From a virus (Duplodnaviria; Heunggongvirae; Uroviricota; Caudoviricetes), in the IMG/VR virus record IMGVR_UViG_3300037419_003079: DNA of 15,651 nucleotides. One strand, written 5' to 3'. Below the pieces are notes generated by a model that saw only the letters and a list, made by a program, of their open reading frames with translations, was not told the origin of the DNA and did no database searches. Position 1 is the first letter of the stretch. Every line of letters starts with the position of its first letter. Made by a program: the position numbers and the translations under genes. Below, one piece after another: positions 15,253 through 15,651 of the stretch.

Positions 15253-15651
15253 GTGGCAAGAGTAGAAATGAAAGATTATAGTCTAATAAAAGAGCATATC
15301 AGAGAACAAATTGACCCAATATTGCTCCTTGAACATTATGGTGCTGAAATTCCAAGCAGAAACATCAAATATGATAAGGTGCGTTGTGCCTGTCCTATTC
15401 ATGGAGGAGATAACCCAACAGGGTTCTCCTTCGATTTAAACACAAAGCAATTCACATGCTTTACAGGTCACTGTGGAACAAAACCTGAGGATTGGTTTTG
15501 GACTCCCAAAGGTGGTCGCAGTACAGTTCCTAGAGACCTATTCATGTTTATCAAATTGATGGAGGAAAAGAAAGCATACGAGGAAGGCAGGAAAGGATTT
15601 AAATGTGGATTCAATCTTGCACTAAAGATTGCCTCTGAAATCGCAGGAATA
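15253..15651 (+). CDS. dnaG: DNA primase, N-terminal zinc-binding domain (partial, runs off the window; absent from the ORF track)
   Basis: AAGGAG RBS at 15239-15244, GTG at 15253. Translation MARVEMKDYSLIKEHIREQIDPILLLEHYG...RCACPIHGGDNPTGFSFDLNTKQFTCFTGHCG... gives a C-x2-H-x18-C-x4-C (CHC2-like) motif. Follows the helicase. Confidence 0.8.
   Translation, partial: MARVEMKDYSLIKEHIREQIDPILLLEHYGAEIPSRNIKYDKVRCACPIHGGDNPTGFSFDLNTKQFTCFTGHCGTKPEDWFWTPKGGRSTVPRDLFMFIKLMEEKKAYEEGRKGFKCGFNLALKIASEIAGI

Noticed and set aside
1-15651. CRISPR arrays, tRNA/rRNA genes and stop-codon reassignment
   Set aside because: No repeat-spacer arrays. Intergenic gaps are short and explained by promoters, hairpins and RBSs. 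ORFs tile the window fully under the standard code.

Overview
AT-rich, gene-dense segment with every credible gene on the + strand. It looks like the genome of a large tailed phage of a Gram-positive (Bacillota, probably Bacillus-like) host, based on strong AGGAGG-type RBSs, sigmaA-consensus promoters and an XlyA/CwlA-like amidase. Left part (1-6079) is virion/adsorption genes: the end of a LamG-like gene, a paralogous CBM+LamG-like gene, a 1365-aa mosaic tail fibre and a DUF859-like protein. Middle (6118-8308) is a lysis cassette in which an amidase endolysin is flanked by four small membrane proteins. Right part (8402-15651) is an early/replication module: PIN-PhoH, a wHTH initiator with an internal iteron + AT-rich origin, an HTH-repeat/Vsr-like nuclease, two unknown ORFs, RecA, a UvsY-like protein, a DnaB-family helicase and the start of a primase. 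The strongest signal not explained by the genes is a 24-bp bipartite motif (YGTTATAA-N8-TAAKATAA) found at all four replication-module promoters, each also preceded by CCCTTGAC. All family assignments come from motif recognition by eye; no searches were run.
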